Origin: Marsupella aquatica
Taxonomy: Eukaryota > Plantae > Marchantiophyta
Direction of reading: 5' to 3'
Length of the DNA stretch: 64,000 nucleotides
Assembly (NCBI GenBank): GCA_973895155.1
Contig: OZ316892.1
Coordinates: 24,823,233 to 24,887,232 of the forward strand
This document shows positions 36,430 through 49,344 of the stretch, one piece after another. A program made the position numbers and the translations under genes. Under the pieces are notes generated by a model. It was given only the letters and a program-made list of their open reading frames with translations. It was not told the origin of the DNA and did no database searches. Positions within the stretch are counted from its first letter, which is position 1. Every line of letters starts with the position of its first letter.

Positions 36430-36786
36430 CATGGTTTTCTTTCCTAAGTTTATGGTTTTCTATTGAACGAGCCCTATGCCAGTGCGTTGCACTGTGTAAG
36501 GAAGGCCGGTCCCATAGGGAGAAAGTGCATGGAATGTAAACGTGGGTCGCGAAGCCCTATGCGCAAGTCCTTGCTACAGGTGGGGATGGAGGGGCATAAT
36601 GAGTGCACGGGGGGTGCACGGAAGGGAGAAAAATCTGATGCATGTCTCGTTTCACGATCGGATGGATACGAAAAAAGAGATGCTTTAATCTGACGGTTCA
36701 GTTTCATTCCCGCTGATATTCAAATTCGTAACGGGACGATGGACGAAAGTGGCCAAATGGGCGGGATTGCCTATTATAGTGTTAGA
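36430..36786 (-). mobile_element. Possible 5' end of a non-autonomous Helitron
   Basis: Minus strand A|TCTAACACTATAATAGGC...GAACCGTCAGATT resembles Helitron 5' termini; the 3' CTAG end was not found. Confidence 0.3.
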
Positions 36787-37974
36787 TTGAGTGTCATTAA
36801 TAAGGCACATTGAATTCATAAGTGCACAGATCCTAGCACCTTCGTGACATAGAATTTGAGTGTACTTTTCACTGGTCACTTATATTATCATGTCTTTGCA
36901 TGTGCTCTACTTATATTATTTTTTCACGCTTAATATGTATTCTATATAGTTTTACTTTCCTATTTATCCACTTATATATCAATACAAGACAAAAAAAACA
37001 AGCATGTCTGGATGAACATGCTATATGGTTACACTTGACCAGAGGACAAGCTTGTACATTTTGATGGCTTTCTTGTGAGTTAGACTATAAGCTAAATATG
37101 AAATAACTGGGGCTCACCCCTTGAAAGCTTTCCTTTTAATTTGCTTTAATTGGGGATCATTGACATTGTTGAAAACTCTGTAAGGAAAATTTTCTGAATT
37201 AAATATTAGAAGAGTAAGTGTATGTCTATTGCTCTGAAAACAGATAAGTAACTCCCCCTCTCCCCCTCCCGCCTCCCCCCCATCCCCCCGGGTTTAGTGT
37301 CAATTGAGTGGCACTTCTGGTAGTTTCCTTTGTTCTTAAATCATACCTACAGTATGTCTATTTAGTGAATTGGATTCGACTCTATCTTCATTCTTTGTAC
37401 ATCATACTTTAGACTACTTGTCATAGCACACCACAAGAAATACTGAGAGTTTATAGTGAAAAGGGGGAGGCCTCCTCTGTTAACTTGGTCAAATGATTTT
37501 TAATCATAGAAAATCAAAATCCTCATATACAGTCTATTGATTTCATCATGCTAGTTCTATATCATCGTATGTTATAATTATCTTCAGTTGATTTCACCTT
37601 ACACAGTTACATGTCCACTTGATTTCACCACTATCTCATCTTACGTGTGGAATGTGCATCATTTTCATTGGGAATGCTTATTGACAACATGTGGAATGAG
37701 AGAGATTGAAATTTGTAGTCTTAGGACTAAGCAGGTAGATATGGTATTTAGTTGGCCATCAGTTAAGTTCAACCTTGTTTAATTGTAAAGAAGACATTTT
37801 GGGTTATCGACAAGCCCTGTCGATATTCACACATCAAGATATGGTAATATACAGTGTGCACTGATTGATTCAAAGAAAATAATGACATTTATCATGGTAT
37901 GGAACCATATCTTTCATTGTATATGTTATATTTTGATGTGCAGTTACTGGGACCCTATATCTGCGCCTTGTCTG

Positions 37975-38320
37975 TGTTAAGATTTACTCTTAGGTCTAGA
38001 GTTACGACTCTACCGTAGTTAAGGCTAACCTTAGTCGCAGACTTGGTTAGGTTAGTCATGCTATGCACACTCTATAACCAAGCGGTGTTTGCTTGGAGAG
38101 GAAAAACTCAGGCTCATTGTTACGGAACTAGTTGAGAGATAGAGAGAGCTTGCGCTGTGGATGCTTGGTATGGCCGGTCGGCCTAGAGTGCAGTAAAGCT
38201 CATGTGTGTTCCTGTGGATATAGCCTCATGTGGAGGTGAACCATGTATCTCTCTGTTGTCGACTCTTGTGCGTTGGATGGTTCATGGGCTCTCCGTTACG
38301 ATTGTTGTCTATGCTCAACA
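37975..38320 (+). mobile_element. Solo LTR (346 bp), close relative of the 2783-3128 copy
   Basis: TGTT...AACA termini, perfect TSD GTCTG, and the same length and sequence frame as 2783-3128. Confidence 0.93.
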
Positions 38321-40930
38321 GTCTGTGGGTCAGCTACTAGTGCACAAAATGTCTTGCAAAACCAGGTGTCTCATCTTCTCCTGGTGATCCCTCTCTTCTG
38401 CCTCCTGCCCATGAATTATGTTTATGCATGGAGGAACCGACAGATGGCCTTATTGGTCACCTAGAGCCCTGGCTTTGCTCCGGAATGATTTGGATGCATC
38501 TACCGTAATCTCTACAATAGAACCAATGTTTTGGAGTGTTTTAAGATGCAAGTAAACAAGAATTTATGCTATTTTGGCTGATTATTGTGATTTCTAGTTC
38601 ATTTGTAGGACTCCATATGGCTAGCCAGTTAGCTAGCCAAAAGAGGAGACCAAACATTAGGTTTTCTGGAATACGATGCAAAATTTAAAATCTTTGAAAG
38701 TAAACAAGCTTTAGCACGTGAGGGACTAGGTTTACGAGAAGTGGTGAATATTGAGAAGAAAGGATGGTATGTAGACAATAAATTCTGTTCGTTTGCATCG
38801 TAATTACACCCCAACCTTTGTAGATGTGTTCCATTAGCAAATCACACTATTGCACTGGTCTATTTTCCACCTATCATGAAACTAAGCAAATGGTTTGCTT
38901 AGTTTGGGGTTTGCATTTTCTCTTCTTTGTGTATTTCGTGGTGTCTTCTCTGGACCTCTTTTGCTTTTACTCTAATGAGGAGTGAAGCGGCTTACATGCA
39001 TGGGATTCTCTTTCCATATTATAAAAGGCCACTCACGGCCTCACGCACTACAATACTACGAATTTAGAAGTACAGTAGTTGGAAAGTGGAACACGGATTC
39101 AATTCAAGGCGGGCACTATCTTGATGACTGTGTACATCATACAGTAAGCCGAGCCCTAATCGTTGTATCTGACAGGATGACATGTCACCCAGGGCCGCGC
39201 GAGGTACGGTTACTGGTCGATATCCCGTCAGCTGACAGCATGGCGCGCCGCCACGTCAGATTCGTGATGTGCCCTCCTTTACTGGTCGCCACGTTTCATC
39301 GCGTTGACAGGATAAACACTAGGTCGCTCCCAAGAGGCCAATGCAAGACCCAATCCAGATGCCATAGCCAATAACTCCGCCCTTTGCCAAGCAGGCATTG
39401 CGTTTGCTAGTTGTCGAGTAGAACTCGAGTTCATCGTGCACGCTCGCCGGTCTCTGTTCCTCTGTTGCATTCGTGAAGAAGAAGGAAGACTCTTCTGTCT
39501 TCAGTAGCAGCAGAAGCGGCTGTGAGGGAAGCATCTGGTAGAGATTTGCGTGGATTAGATTTGTCTGGACTCATTAGCGCTGCCGACCACTGAAGAACCA
39601 AAAGCGTCTGGGAGAATTGGCGCTTCTGTTCCTCTCTGTTGTTTTCGAGCAAGAGGAAGGTTGGTCATTCTTTGTCCAGTGGCGCTCTGTTAGGCAGCGA
39701 GAGAGGCTTCTCGTCGAAAATTCGCAAGCAATTTAGACTTTCTGGAGTCTGGCTGTGCCTATTTCTGCCGGCAGTTACTTGGGAACCAAACAGAAAGGGA
39801 AGGCGAATAGAGCGCGCCTCTGTAACTTGAAAATTGTCTGGACCGGTCGTTCTTCAAGAACAGAACAGAAAAGGAGAACAGATAGGGTCTCTGTGTCGTG
39901 ACAATTTTCTCGACCTTCTGCTGCCACTCGCTTGCAGGAAGAAGTGGACAGGATTCTCTGTAGGTTGACAATTCTCTCGACCTTGTGTTACAGATCGCCC
40001 TTCAAGCGGCAAATATAGGACGTGGCAATTATAGAGCTCTAGTTCAGGTTGACAATACCTTCTGCCGATCGCTCTTCAAGAACCAGAAATAGAACGAGTG
40101 GGGAGTGTTACTGAAGCAGAAGAAGGGCCACTTCAGAGGAGCTTCTTGGCTCGTCGTCCGCTTTTAACTGACGGAACCTGTGGAGTTTTGCAGATCACGA
40201 GAACATATCACACACGCGTTGGCGCCGTGGTCTTGCCGGGTCTTTCTTTGAGCGTCAAGGTAAGGCATCGCAAGACCTCGACCGGCGACTCCGTGTTTCG
40301 GCTTTTGTACTGTCTTCTCATTTAATGCCTTGTCCACTTTCTTACATTCCGAGACAGTACGTTGGCAGTCCCTCGCTTTGTTTCCGGAGTCTCATAGCTA
40401 TCCTCTGCAGCGAACCACGGATGTTCAGTCGTCCCAGTTGACTCCATAATTTCTGCTTTGGACGCGGCTCCTTGGAGCTATCTGAAGTCGATGGCACGAT
40501 CGCATTTATCATGAATATCATGTGATGTGCTCTGGCCTGTTCTGTTGATAGCTTCGGATGTATCTCTAGGTCTGCTTCCAGCAACAATGCACTGATAGAT
40601 GCGGAGGACACGGCCATCTTCAAAATCATTCCTTCCATACCGGGCCAGATGCGTCTTGTGTGCCATTCTTCTGAATCTCGAACACCCTTAGATGGAGCGA
40701 GCCTGGTCCGCATACTCGTTATGCCAAGCGCTTGCGACCGCTTCGTGTGAGCAAGTCGGGCAACGCTAATTATGTATACTGCATTGATAGCAATTGAAAC
40801 ATCGTTCATCACTCTTTGTTGACAAGGTAAAGTTGTCTGCGATTATTTCTTTCCAGGGGTAATTTGGTAGCTGAAAATTTCACCAGTGAACCTTTCAATT
40901 CAAGCAAGCGGAATTTTTGAGGTATCAAAT

Positions 40931-42365
40931 ATGCAGGGCCTAACGAGAGCACTCCAACTGCACGGTAAAACCCTCAATGGAGGGGTACTGAAGAGCATGT
41001 CCATCAGGGTCCGGTCTTTCTCTCCAGAATCTACTTTAACACAGAGTCTGCAAGAGGTAGGATTTGAAAACACCACAATTGCTGACATTCTCAAGTCGAA
41101 GGGAACAAAAGGTGATGGGTCTTGGCTCTGGTGTTCAACTGATGATACGGTGTTCGAGGCTGTGAAACAGGTATTCTTTGCACCTTATACGTCAAAATGT
41201 ACAATGTAGACCCTTGCTGTGTAGCATGATACTTGCGAGGCATCCATTGTGATACTTTTCTTTATGGTATTTAGTATCTTCACTAGATGTTTAGCCAATT
41301 CCCCATATTTTTCATAGTCAGGATATGTGTTTAGCCAGTAGGGATAACAGAATGCTCGTTCTTTCATAAGCTGAGTATGTAAATTGTAAACTCTCAGATG
41401 ACAGCCAACAACGTTGGGGCGCTGTTGGTGGTCAAATCCGGAACTCAGCGCGAAATCGCTGGAATCGTGTCTGAGAGAGGTATAGAAATGGGATAATATA
41501 GCAAAATTTGCAATATCTTGACGACAATTTCTTGAGATCCAACATCTGCCACTTGTTGCTTTGCCACAATGGGGTTCTGTTCGGGAGCGCTTTCTTATAC
41601 TAAGATGTTTGAAAAGTCCAACTATCGTTTGTAGGATGTCGTAGGTCTTTTAATCGTTCCAACAATTGCCGATATTTGGTACATACTTATTTCAAGATCT
41701 GTTTTGTAGATTACTTGAGGAAGATCATCGTCCAAGGCAGATCTTCCAAGACTACCAAAGTCGGGGAGGTTATGACAGAAGAGGTTAGCCACTTCTGCTT
41801 TTGGTGCAAAGCGCAAAGAAAATGACGACTTCATTCGTTGAATTACTTACCAGTAAAAATAATCGAAGTAGTCTTGACTCGCCGCTGGGCTGTGAAGTGA
41901 GTGCACCGAAGTGGGAACACTGAATTAAAGCTTTGTTGCATTTTCAGAATAAGCTGATTACTGTAACTCCAGATACAAAGGTTCTTCGAGCAATGCAGCT
42001 AATGACAGGTACGCTCTGATGCATGCAAGATGAGGTCTTTCTTCACAATACCTATGCTACCTGTGTTGTTGAAACTCCCCTCACCCATGATCTACCTCGA
42101 CAGTGACAGCTAGGAAATGTGCAAGTGCCATTAGATCATTTTTTGCTTTCGCGATCTTTTCAAGAGAATTGATCGACATACGATTTCGTCTTACTCTGGC
42201 TCTTTTTCTTGTTTTACTGCAGAGAACCGAATCAGACATATCCCAGTGTGTGAAGGGAAGGATATGAAGGGCATGGTATCTGTCGGAGACGTCGTTCGTG
42301 CCGTCGTGGCAGAACATCGAGAGGAGTTGCAGAGACTAAGCTCGTACATTCAGGGAGGCTACTAA
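40931..42365 (+). CDS. CBSX3: CBS-domain protein, CBSX3-like (probably mitochondrial), 5 coding exons
   Basis: GT-AG exons 40931-41170, 41398-41479, 41710-41783, 41948-42008 and 42223-42365 give MQG..DGSWLWCSTDDTV..NVGALLVV..DYLRKIIVQGRSS..NRIRHIPV..YIQGGY, matching Arabidopsis CBSX3 as I recall it. Confidence 0.92.
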
Positions 42366-43329
42366 GATGATCTCCTCTCGTGGCATTTGGTTATGATCTA
42401 TGTGTTCTTCATCCTCATCTGGGGTATCCGCCTAAACGAAGAATCTTCATCTGCAACTGTTATACAAAGGAGCTGTAAATTCTAGTTTGAGACGATAGGG
42501 GCATGGTGGCACGATGTAAATTGAATGTGGTTTGGGGAGGCGTGCAGTCCCGCCTGAATGGTTTGATGAGTCGGTAAGATGTCAAGTGTCTTCGACATTG
42601 GGCTCGCGGCTCATCTTACCACGTTTGTGATACTGGTGACGGACGTTTCCTCTCCTTTCTTCGGCATTAGCATGTTCTTCAGATGTACAGTCATCATAGG
42701 CTATTGCAGAAGGTGCTGATGGCACTCGTTCGAATTTCGTTTTCGGGATCGAAGGATAGGGAAGTTGCGAGATGGGTTGTAACATGTAAATACAAAGACG
42801 ACGAGGCACATGCTTGAAGCTTTTGGGCGAGTAGTCCTAACATGAAAGTTTGAAATATAGTATTTTTGTTCGTCTTTCGTTGGGCTGCTGCCTCGTGCCG
42901 TTCTTTGCAAAAATATGAGGCAAGCACAGCTTGAATGTACCATCCATAATGATTCGTACTTTGATTCCTGCACCAGCACGACTTCACATGAATCACATGG
43001 ATCACTTCTCGTACTATACCGCGAGAATTAATAAATGATCACTCCAGTAGTCGAGAATGAATAGGTACAGATTCCCCTCTCGCCCCGTCCTCCCCACTAC
43101 CGCACTACGTCGCACACTAACACCAAAAGTGATGAATTTACATGTGACACATGGATGGACATTCAACGTAGTACGGAAAGTAGGTAATAATTTGACGTGC
43201 TAGTCGTTTATTCGAAACATGCAGTTCGCAAGGAGCGTGAGCTGCGATTGTGTACTCCCATCCCATGGATTTTGGAAGCTCGGACAGACCATTGTTTACT
43301 CTAAAAATATCAGTCATTAACCATTTTCT

Positions 43330-44395
43330 TTTTCACCCCAATAGTGACATACATTAATTGTAGAGAATACAGTTCAGGGTGAAACCCCCATGATGGACCA
43401 GCACTAGGAGTGAGCCACGGATGAGGACCCATTTTACCATTTTGTTTCCTCACGCCAATTGTGACATACACCCTAATATTGACATACATTCATTGAGAGA
43501 ATACATTTCAAGGTGAAACCTCACCCCAATAATGACATACATTCATCTTTCAAGTCGAAATCTCACCCCAACAGTGACATAGTGACGTACATTCATCTTT
43601 CAAGGTGAAATCTCCCCCAATACCCCAATAGTGACCTCCAATAACAACATACATTCATCTTTCAAGGTGAAATCTCACCCCAATAGTGACATACATTCAT
43701 TAGAGAATTACATTCATCTTTCAAGGTGAAATCTCACCCCAATAGTGACATACATTCATTAGAGAATTCATTTGAGAGTGAAATCCCTCCCATGAGTGAC
43801 CCACTAGGAGGGAGAGAGGATTAAACCTAGTCCACAATCTCACCCCAATAGTGACATACATTCATTGTAGAGAATTCATTTGAGAGTGAAATCCCTCCCA
43901 TGAGTGACCCAGAGCATTCATTTCAGAGTGAAATCCCTCCCATGAGTGACCCACTAGGAGGGAGAGAGGATTAAACCTAGTCCACAATCTCACCCCAATA
44001 GTGACATACATTCATTGTAGAGAATTCATTTGAGAGTGAAATCCCTCCCATGAGTGACCCACTAGGAGGGAGAGAGAGGATTAAACCTAGTCCACAAAGT
44101 GGACAACAGGGGTCACCACCAGAGTGGCCTGGTTAATTCTGGGAGAACCTCAATATCAAGGTTAATCAGCCCATATGACCAGGGGGATTGTTGTCCATAC
44201 CACCAGAGTGGCCTGGTTAATTCTGGGAGAACCTCAATATCAAGGTTGTCCATTACCCTCGCCAGGAGGGAAAGAGGATTGAAACTGGGCTACAAAGTGC
44301 ACAACCAGAGGTCATTATCGGAGGGGCATGGCTAATTCTGGGAGAACCCCAATATCAAGGTTAATCAGCCCATATGACTACGGAGGCTACTGTCC
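43330..44395. repeat. Compound minisatellite with several nested unit types
   Basis: CACCCCAATAGTGACATACATTCAT core repeated many times; longer GAGTGAAATCCCTCCCATGAGTGACCCACTAGGAGG...CCTAGTCCACAA units; then TAATTCTGGGAGAACC.CAATATCAAGGTT x3. Confidence 0.9.
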
Positions 44396-45244
44396 ATTAC
44401 CCGCTCTAAGTCTCATTCCAATGGAATTTTTTGGGTAATAAACATACTAAACATATGTGATTGTTTTGTGCTTTCCACCCTTGACTTTATAAAATGTTCT
44501 AGGATTATTTCCAAATTCTTCATTAAAACATTTCCATGAATTTTAAAGGAGTATTTCTAATCAAAGTAAAAATGGAACGAGTTTCTGCGCATGGACCCAT
44601 CCCATATCACTTCCTTGGTTAATTAATTAATCCAATTTTTCCACCAATTAATTACTCTCTTAATCGTTTTGGTGGATCTTCATGGTCAATTTGTGTTAGC
44701 TGGTCAGGAAGTAGGTGTCATTGCGTCACTTGAAGTAAGAAACAAGGTCCCTTCTACCCAGACCCTACAGAACTAACAGAGTAGAAACCTAAAGGATAAG
44801 CAATATCGATTATTCCACCACTAACACAAAAAGTAAATGATATAAACTTACAAGGGAAAATGCTTATTTAAATCGAACCATAAGCCTGGATGGATCACTC
44901 ACATAGCATGATCAATGGTGTCCTGACATATTTTGAGACTTTTTGGAAATCAGCATAAAATTGTCAAGTATCATAAATGAACTGAAAATGGAAATTTTGG
45001 CTGTTGTGAAGGATGCCATGAGTAGTTAGTGGGCATAAACAACAACTTGACACGAGGTAAATTAACTGGAATAGGCTGCAAATAGTCAATAGACCATTTA
45101 CAGTTAAATCTACACCTTCTTTATAAACCAAGACTCACATTCGTTTGCACCACTTGGCTTGGAGTCACAAATACATGTCTTGGTTTGTGTTTTGGTCCTA
45201 CTGAGGTCATGATTTATTATGTCTAGATAGCTCAATGCCTGTGC

Positions 45245-45680
45245 GTTGCACAAAAGATGTTGTTGCTCAAAAATTGTCAATATGTAAAACATCTCGTATG
45301 CGAAAAAGATGTCATTGCGGAAAAGATGTTGTATGCAGAAAAGATGCCATTACACAAAAGGTGTCATTTGCGAAAAAGATAACGTTGCAAAAAGCTGTTG
45401 TTTACGGAAAAGTTGTCATTGGGCAAAATATGTCATTTGCGGAAAATAAGTTGTTCCAAAAATGTTGTTGTGTAAATGATTTCATCGTTGAAAATATGTT
45501 GTTGTCAAAAAGATGTCAATGCAAATGCAATATTGTTTGCCAAAATATTGAAATTGAGCAAAGTACATCCTTGTGTAGAAAATGTCATTGTGGAAAAGAT
45601 GTTTTGTGAAAGATTTTGTTGTAGAGAAGATGTTATTGTGCAAAGACTATATTGTGTAAAGATGATGTTTGTGGAAAAGG
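45245..45680. repeat. Degenerate ~17-19-bp tandem repeat (AAAAGATGT(T/C)(G/A)TTG)
   Basis: More than 15 diverged units are visible; probably TE-internal. Confidence 0.7.
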
Positions 45681-46619
45681 TACCATCTACAATAAAGAAA
45701 CTCCTTGATGCTCGTCCCTCTTTTGCCCATGAAAATTCTTCGATCCTTTTAATAAAAATTAAAAATAGGATACTCTTTCCTCGCCCCCGCACCCCCCTCC
45801 TTTCCTACATTTTTTAATTTTTATTTTTCTCCAATTGTTTTTCTTTTCTTTTTTTCTTTTTTCATTATCTTTATCCACTTTTTGTCTTTTACTCTCTCTC
45901 TCTCTCTCTCTCTCTCTGGGGGCCTCTCTCCCTTCCCTTACTTTTCCTTTCCATTCGAGTCTCTCTGTCCCTCCTTGGTCCTCTCTCCCCTACTTAGAAT
46001 CATACCCTGTGAAGATAATAGATGCCCTCTTGTATCCTGGATGGTACTCTTCATTCCCTATAATTATGAGGGTAATAGAGGGCAGCAAGCACATGAGTAT
46101 TGAGGGACAGTCGTACTTGCAAGGACAATCATAATGGAGTGGTCCTCTTAAGGGCATTCTTTGTACTCCTTCATTCTTTGTCAGGTCATCTTATTATCAT
46201 CCTTCATATTAGTATGCATATGTTCTTTGATGTCTAATGCTAATGGTCTCTTTTCCATAATCGAAAGGTATTAAAAAACTTGCAAAAGATCTAATGGTTG
46301 TGTATTATTCTCGCCCAGAACACATTTTGTAATGGGACGAAGGAAGAAAATGACCGTATTGGATATTATAGTTGTAGATTTAACACCATATCATGAACAA
46401 GCCACATTTTAATCAAAATTGTATAAGTAATTATAAGTCTTTCAGACTTTCTGCCAATGGCCATCCCAGCTTTGCCAGGCCATTGTATCAATTTAGCACC
46501 AAACACATGTACAGATCAAAATTGTAAAAAGTAGTATAAGTCTTCTGGACTTTCTACCAAAGTCTATCCCAGCTTTGCCAGGCCATCCAGCACACCTGCC
46601 AATCCATAAGAATTTAATT

Positions 46620-48420
46620 TTAAATCATACCTAACAATTGGGGTAGACGAAGATTGGATCCAAACAACTGGGAAAGAAATGGAAATTGAACCAATCACAT
46701 GCCTCATTCAGGATAACTAAGACGACTTTCAGCTCTGGAAGACTCAGTGGAGAACAAAAGCAAAGAATTTTCTTTCTCATGTGACAAATCAATCCAAGTG
46801 CCTTGCTATGCAGGGAAGTCACGGGAACTCATTGGCTCAAGCCCGAGGCTCAACCAGGTGGAATTTAGTCCAGTTACCTTGCTCTAGACAATGCTTTGTA
46901 AAACTTTAACAACCATCCAAATGAGGAAGATTATTTTACATATTCAACTCTTGTTGGTTAAAGCCTTGTCTGGAAAACCGTAGATTGTACTATAGAGAGG
47001 CAGTTGGCTCACACCCTGACCACACCTTCTGGTCTAAGTTAGCCACTGGACCGATCCAGGTCAACAATGGAGTCTGAATCTAAGAGTGCAATAGCATATG
47101 GCCTGGGCATACGGCTGTCTTGCATACAAGCAGCCCTTTCTTTTGCTGTCCTTGACTTACCAGATGGCATCATATAATTTCGTGAGAATTTCATGTCCAA
47201 ACAGAAGAAGAAGGCCCCAAATGTTTTGGCCCTTGCACTCTTAACCTTTGAGAAACAAGAAAAATAAAACATTCAGGTGATGAAGAGTGCCCATGCAGCA
47301 GTAATGGGGTTCTGTCATCTCAAGAGTTAGCACTACCATTAGGTTCTGTGATGATTGAGAGTCATTTCCCCAGCATTTAGGGAATTTTAGGGGCCAAAAA
47401 TCTGAGGGCAAGCAAAATGCAAGACAACCCTTACCATCTAAATAGATGGCTGACGTTAATTTTCAATCATCTTATATTTTTCAAACAATTGGGCTGAAAT
47501 TGAACCACAATCCACACAAATGACCAAATTAACGACTTCCAGTTTTAGAAACTCCCTCGATTGAGAATAAATCCAAAGACTTGTCCTTTTCATGGTGACA
47601 GCTCATCCAAGTGCAGTGCTATTCAGGGGAGTCAATCATACTGGAGTGGAATGGAAAAGTTGTCGGTGAAGTTCTTCCTTTTGTGTTAAGATGTTTTGGG
47701 AAAAGAGAGATTGGAAAGGAAAAAATCAGGGCCGTGGTTGAGTTAGCGTTCTTGAATATGGCAGGGTGAGTTTGGGTGCTCTTGAAGCAAAGCCCGTTTG
47801 TTAGGGGCATCTTTGGTTTTACCCACAATTAGTTTTGGTTCAGTTCATTATTCACTTAATTTTTCTTGAATCATAGTTGAGGCAAACAATTGTTTTGGGC
47901 GTAGCTCACCATTCTTGGACATGGAGTTAGACAATGATTTGTTAGATGCTCCCGATCAATCTGAGTATCCTATCATTTTCATGACGATTTCAGTACACTT
48001 GTTCTATTACACTTTTTATATACAAAGGGTTACATCTACCCTATGTGCATACCATTTCATTGTGTAAGTCTCCCACAAGGTCACAATTTGGACTGTTTTG
48101 CTTAAGCTGTATGAAGGGGAACTTGCACATGAGCTCTCAAGGGGGAAAGCTTGAGGTTGAATGAAAGCTCTATATGGTCATAAAGTTGTGGTTGATGGGT
48201 TGGCCACATTATGTTTATGCCACAATGCTAGACTCAGGACAACACAGTCTAAGCCCAAGTTCTTCTCTTGGTGGTCTGGGCTTCCTTTGTCAAGTTGGCT
48301 AGCCGCCCTCACATTTGCTGGCTGCCCATTCTGGTCCTCTAAATTCATTTTCTTTGCTCCCTGCGAATGCACTTGGTGCACAGATTCTCCTTACATTGAG
48401 AAAAAAGTGTGAAGGCAAAA
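46620..48420 (-). mobile_element. Decayed L1-type ORF2 relic (APE endonuclease to start of RT)
   Basis: Ordered remnants LNVRR (~WNVRG), DLVGDL (~GDFN), NDRIL..IDR (~SRIDR) and SPLSLPELK..FHFF..C (~EELK..KAPG..FFK.CW); many stops. Confidence 0.4.
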
Positions 48421-49344
48421 ACACTACTGAAAAATCAAGATTATTGCAGATTAACAATAAAATTGCTAAAGTTGCTCCTAGTGGCAAATTTTGACTAGAT
48501 TCCACCCTCTAAGAAAAGTATTCGCCAAGTTTTGGTGAAAATTCACTATGGTTTATTGTCTTCCAGTAGCCAGTTTCCTGCCTAGCAACAGACCCGAAGA
48601 GCCAGAATCTACCCGTTTATCTTTAAATGATCCGACAGCCCAAAAAGTAGTGGAGAAATTTTAAATAAAGAATATTACTAACATCTTCTCCTTCTCCCCC
48701 TTCATTGGGTCTTTTGCCTGAGGATCATGTCTCAAGGATGGGCGTCCTTTGCCCATCCTTTGTTTTTGGCACTTTGAAATAAACAACGGGTGACATTAGA
48801 CACTTTGGCCAAAAAGAAAGAAAAAAGACGCCATAGCTCAGTCCACTAGCCCACCGTTGACCGTAAGCGTTACTCACTTGCGACCTTCTTTGTAGGTTCG
48901 TATGAGACAGACCCAGGGCTCGGCGAAGTCTGTCCTGCACCCCACACGACCGGCGTACATGATGCAAGTCGGCAGACTGATGGCCATTACAGAAACAGAG
49001 GAAGTTGCCTCTATAGGGTAAAACCCAAAAAAACCGCATCTCTTGTGTTAAGTGCGGAGTCATTATTGAGCCTCTGACCACAGCACCTGGACGATTAGGC
49101 GACTCGACCAATTGGGCCATAACGAAAAAACGTATCTCAAGAAGTGATGGACTGACTGTCGCACAGCATGGATGACGGAACGACTGAACGACAGAAACAG
49201 AGATCGAGACAAAGAGCTTCGTGACAGAAAATCAGTGAAGCATACAAATAGGAGAGAAGAGATCGAGTAGATCGCGATCTCCGAAGGACAAGAGACCTGG
49301 GAGGAGGGAGAATCGAGGGGAGGTTGTGGAGAGAGTAGAGAAGA

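Noticed and set aside
43330-44395. CRISPR-like array
   Set aside because: The intervening sequences are themselves repeated and irregular, there are no cas genes, and the context is a spliceosomal-intron-rich eukaryote
45235-45817. Cys/Lys-rich ORFs
   Set aside because: Translations of a degenerate tandem repeat
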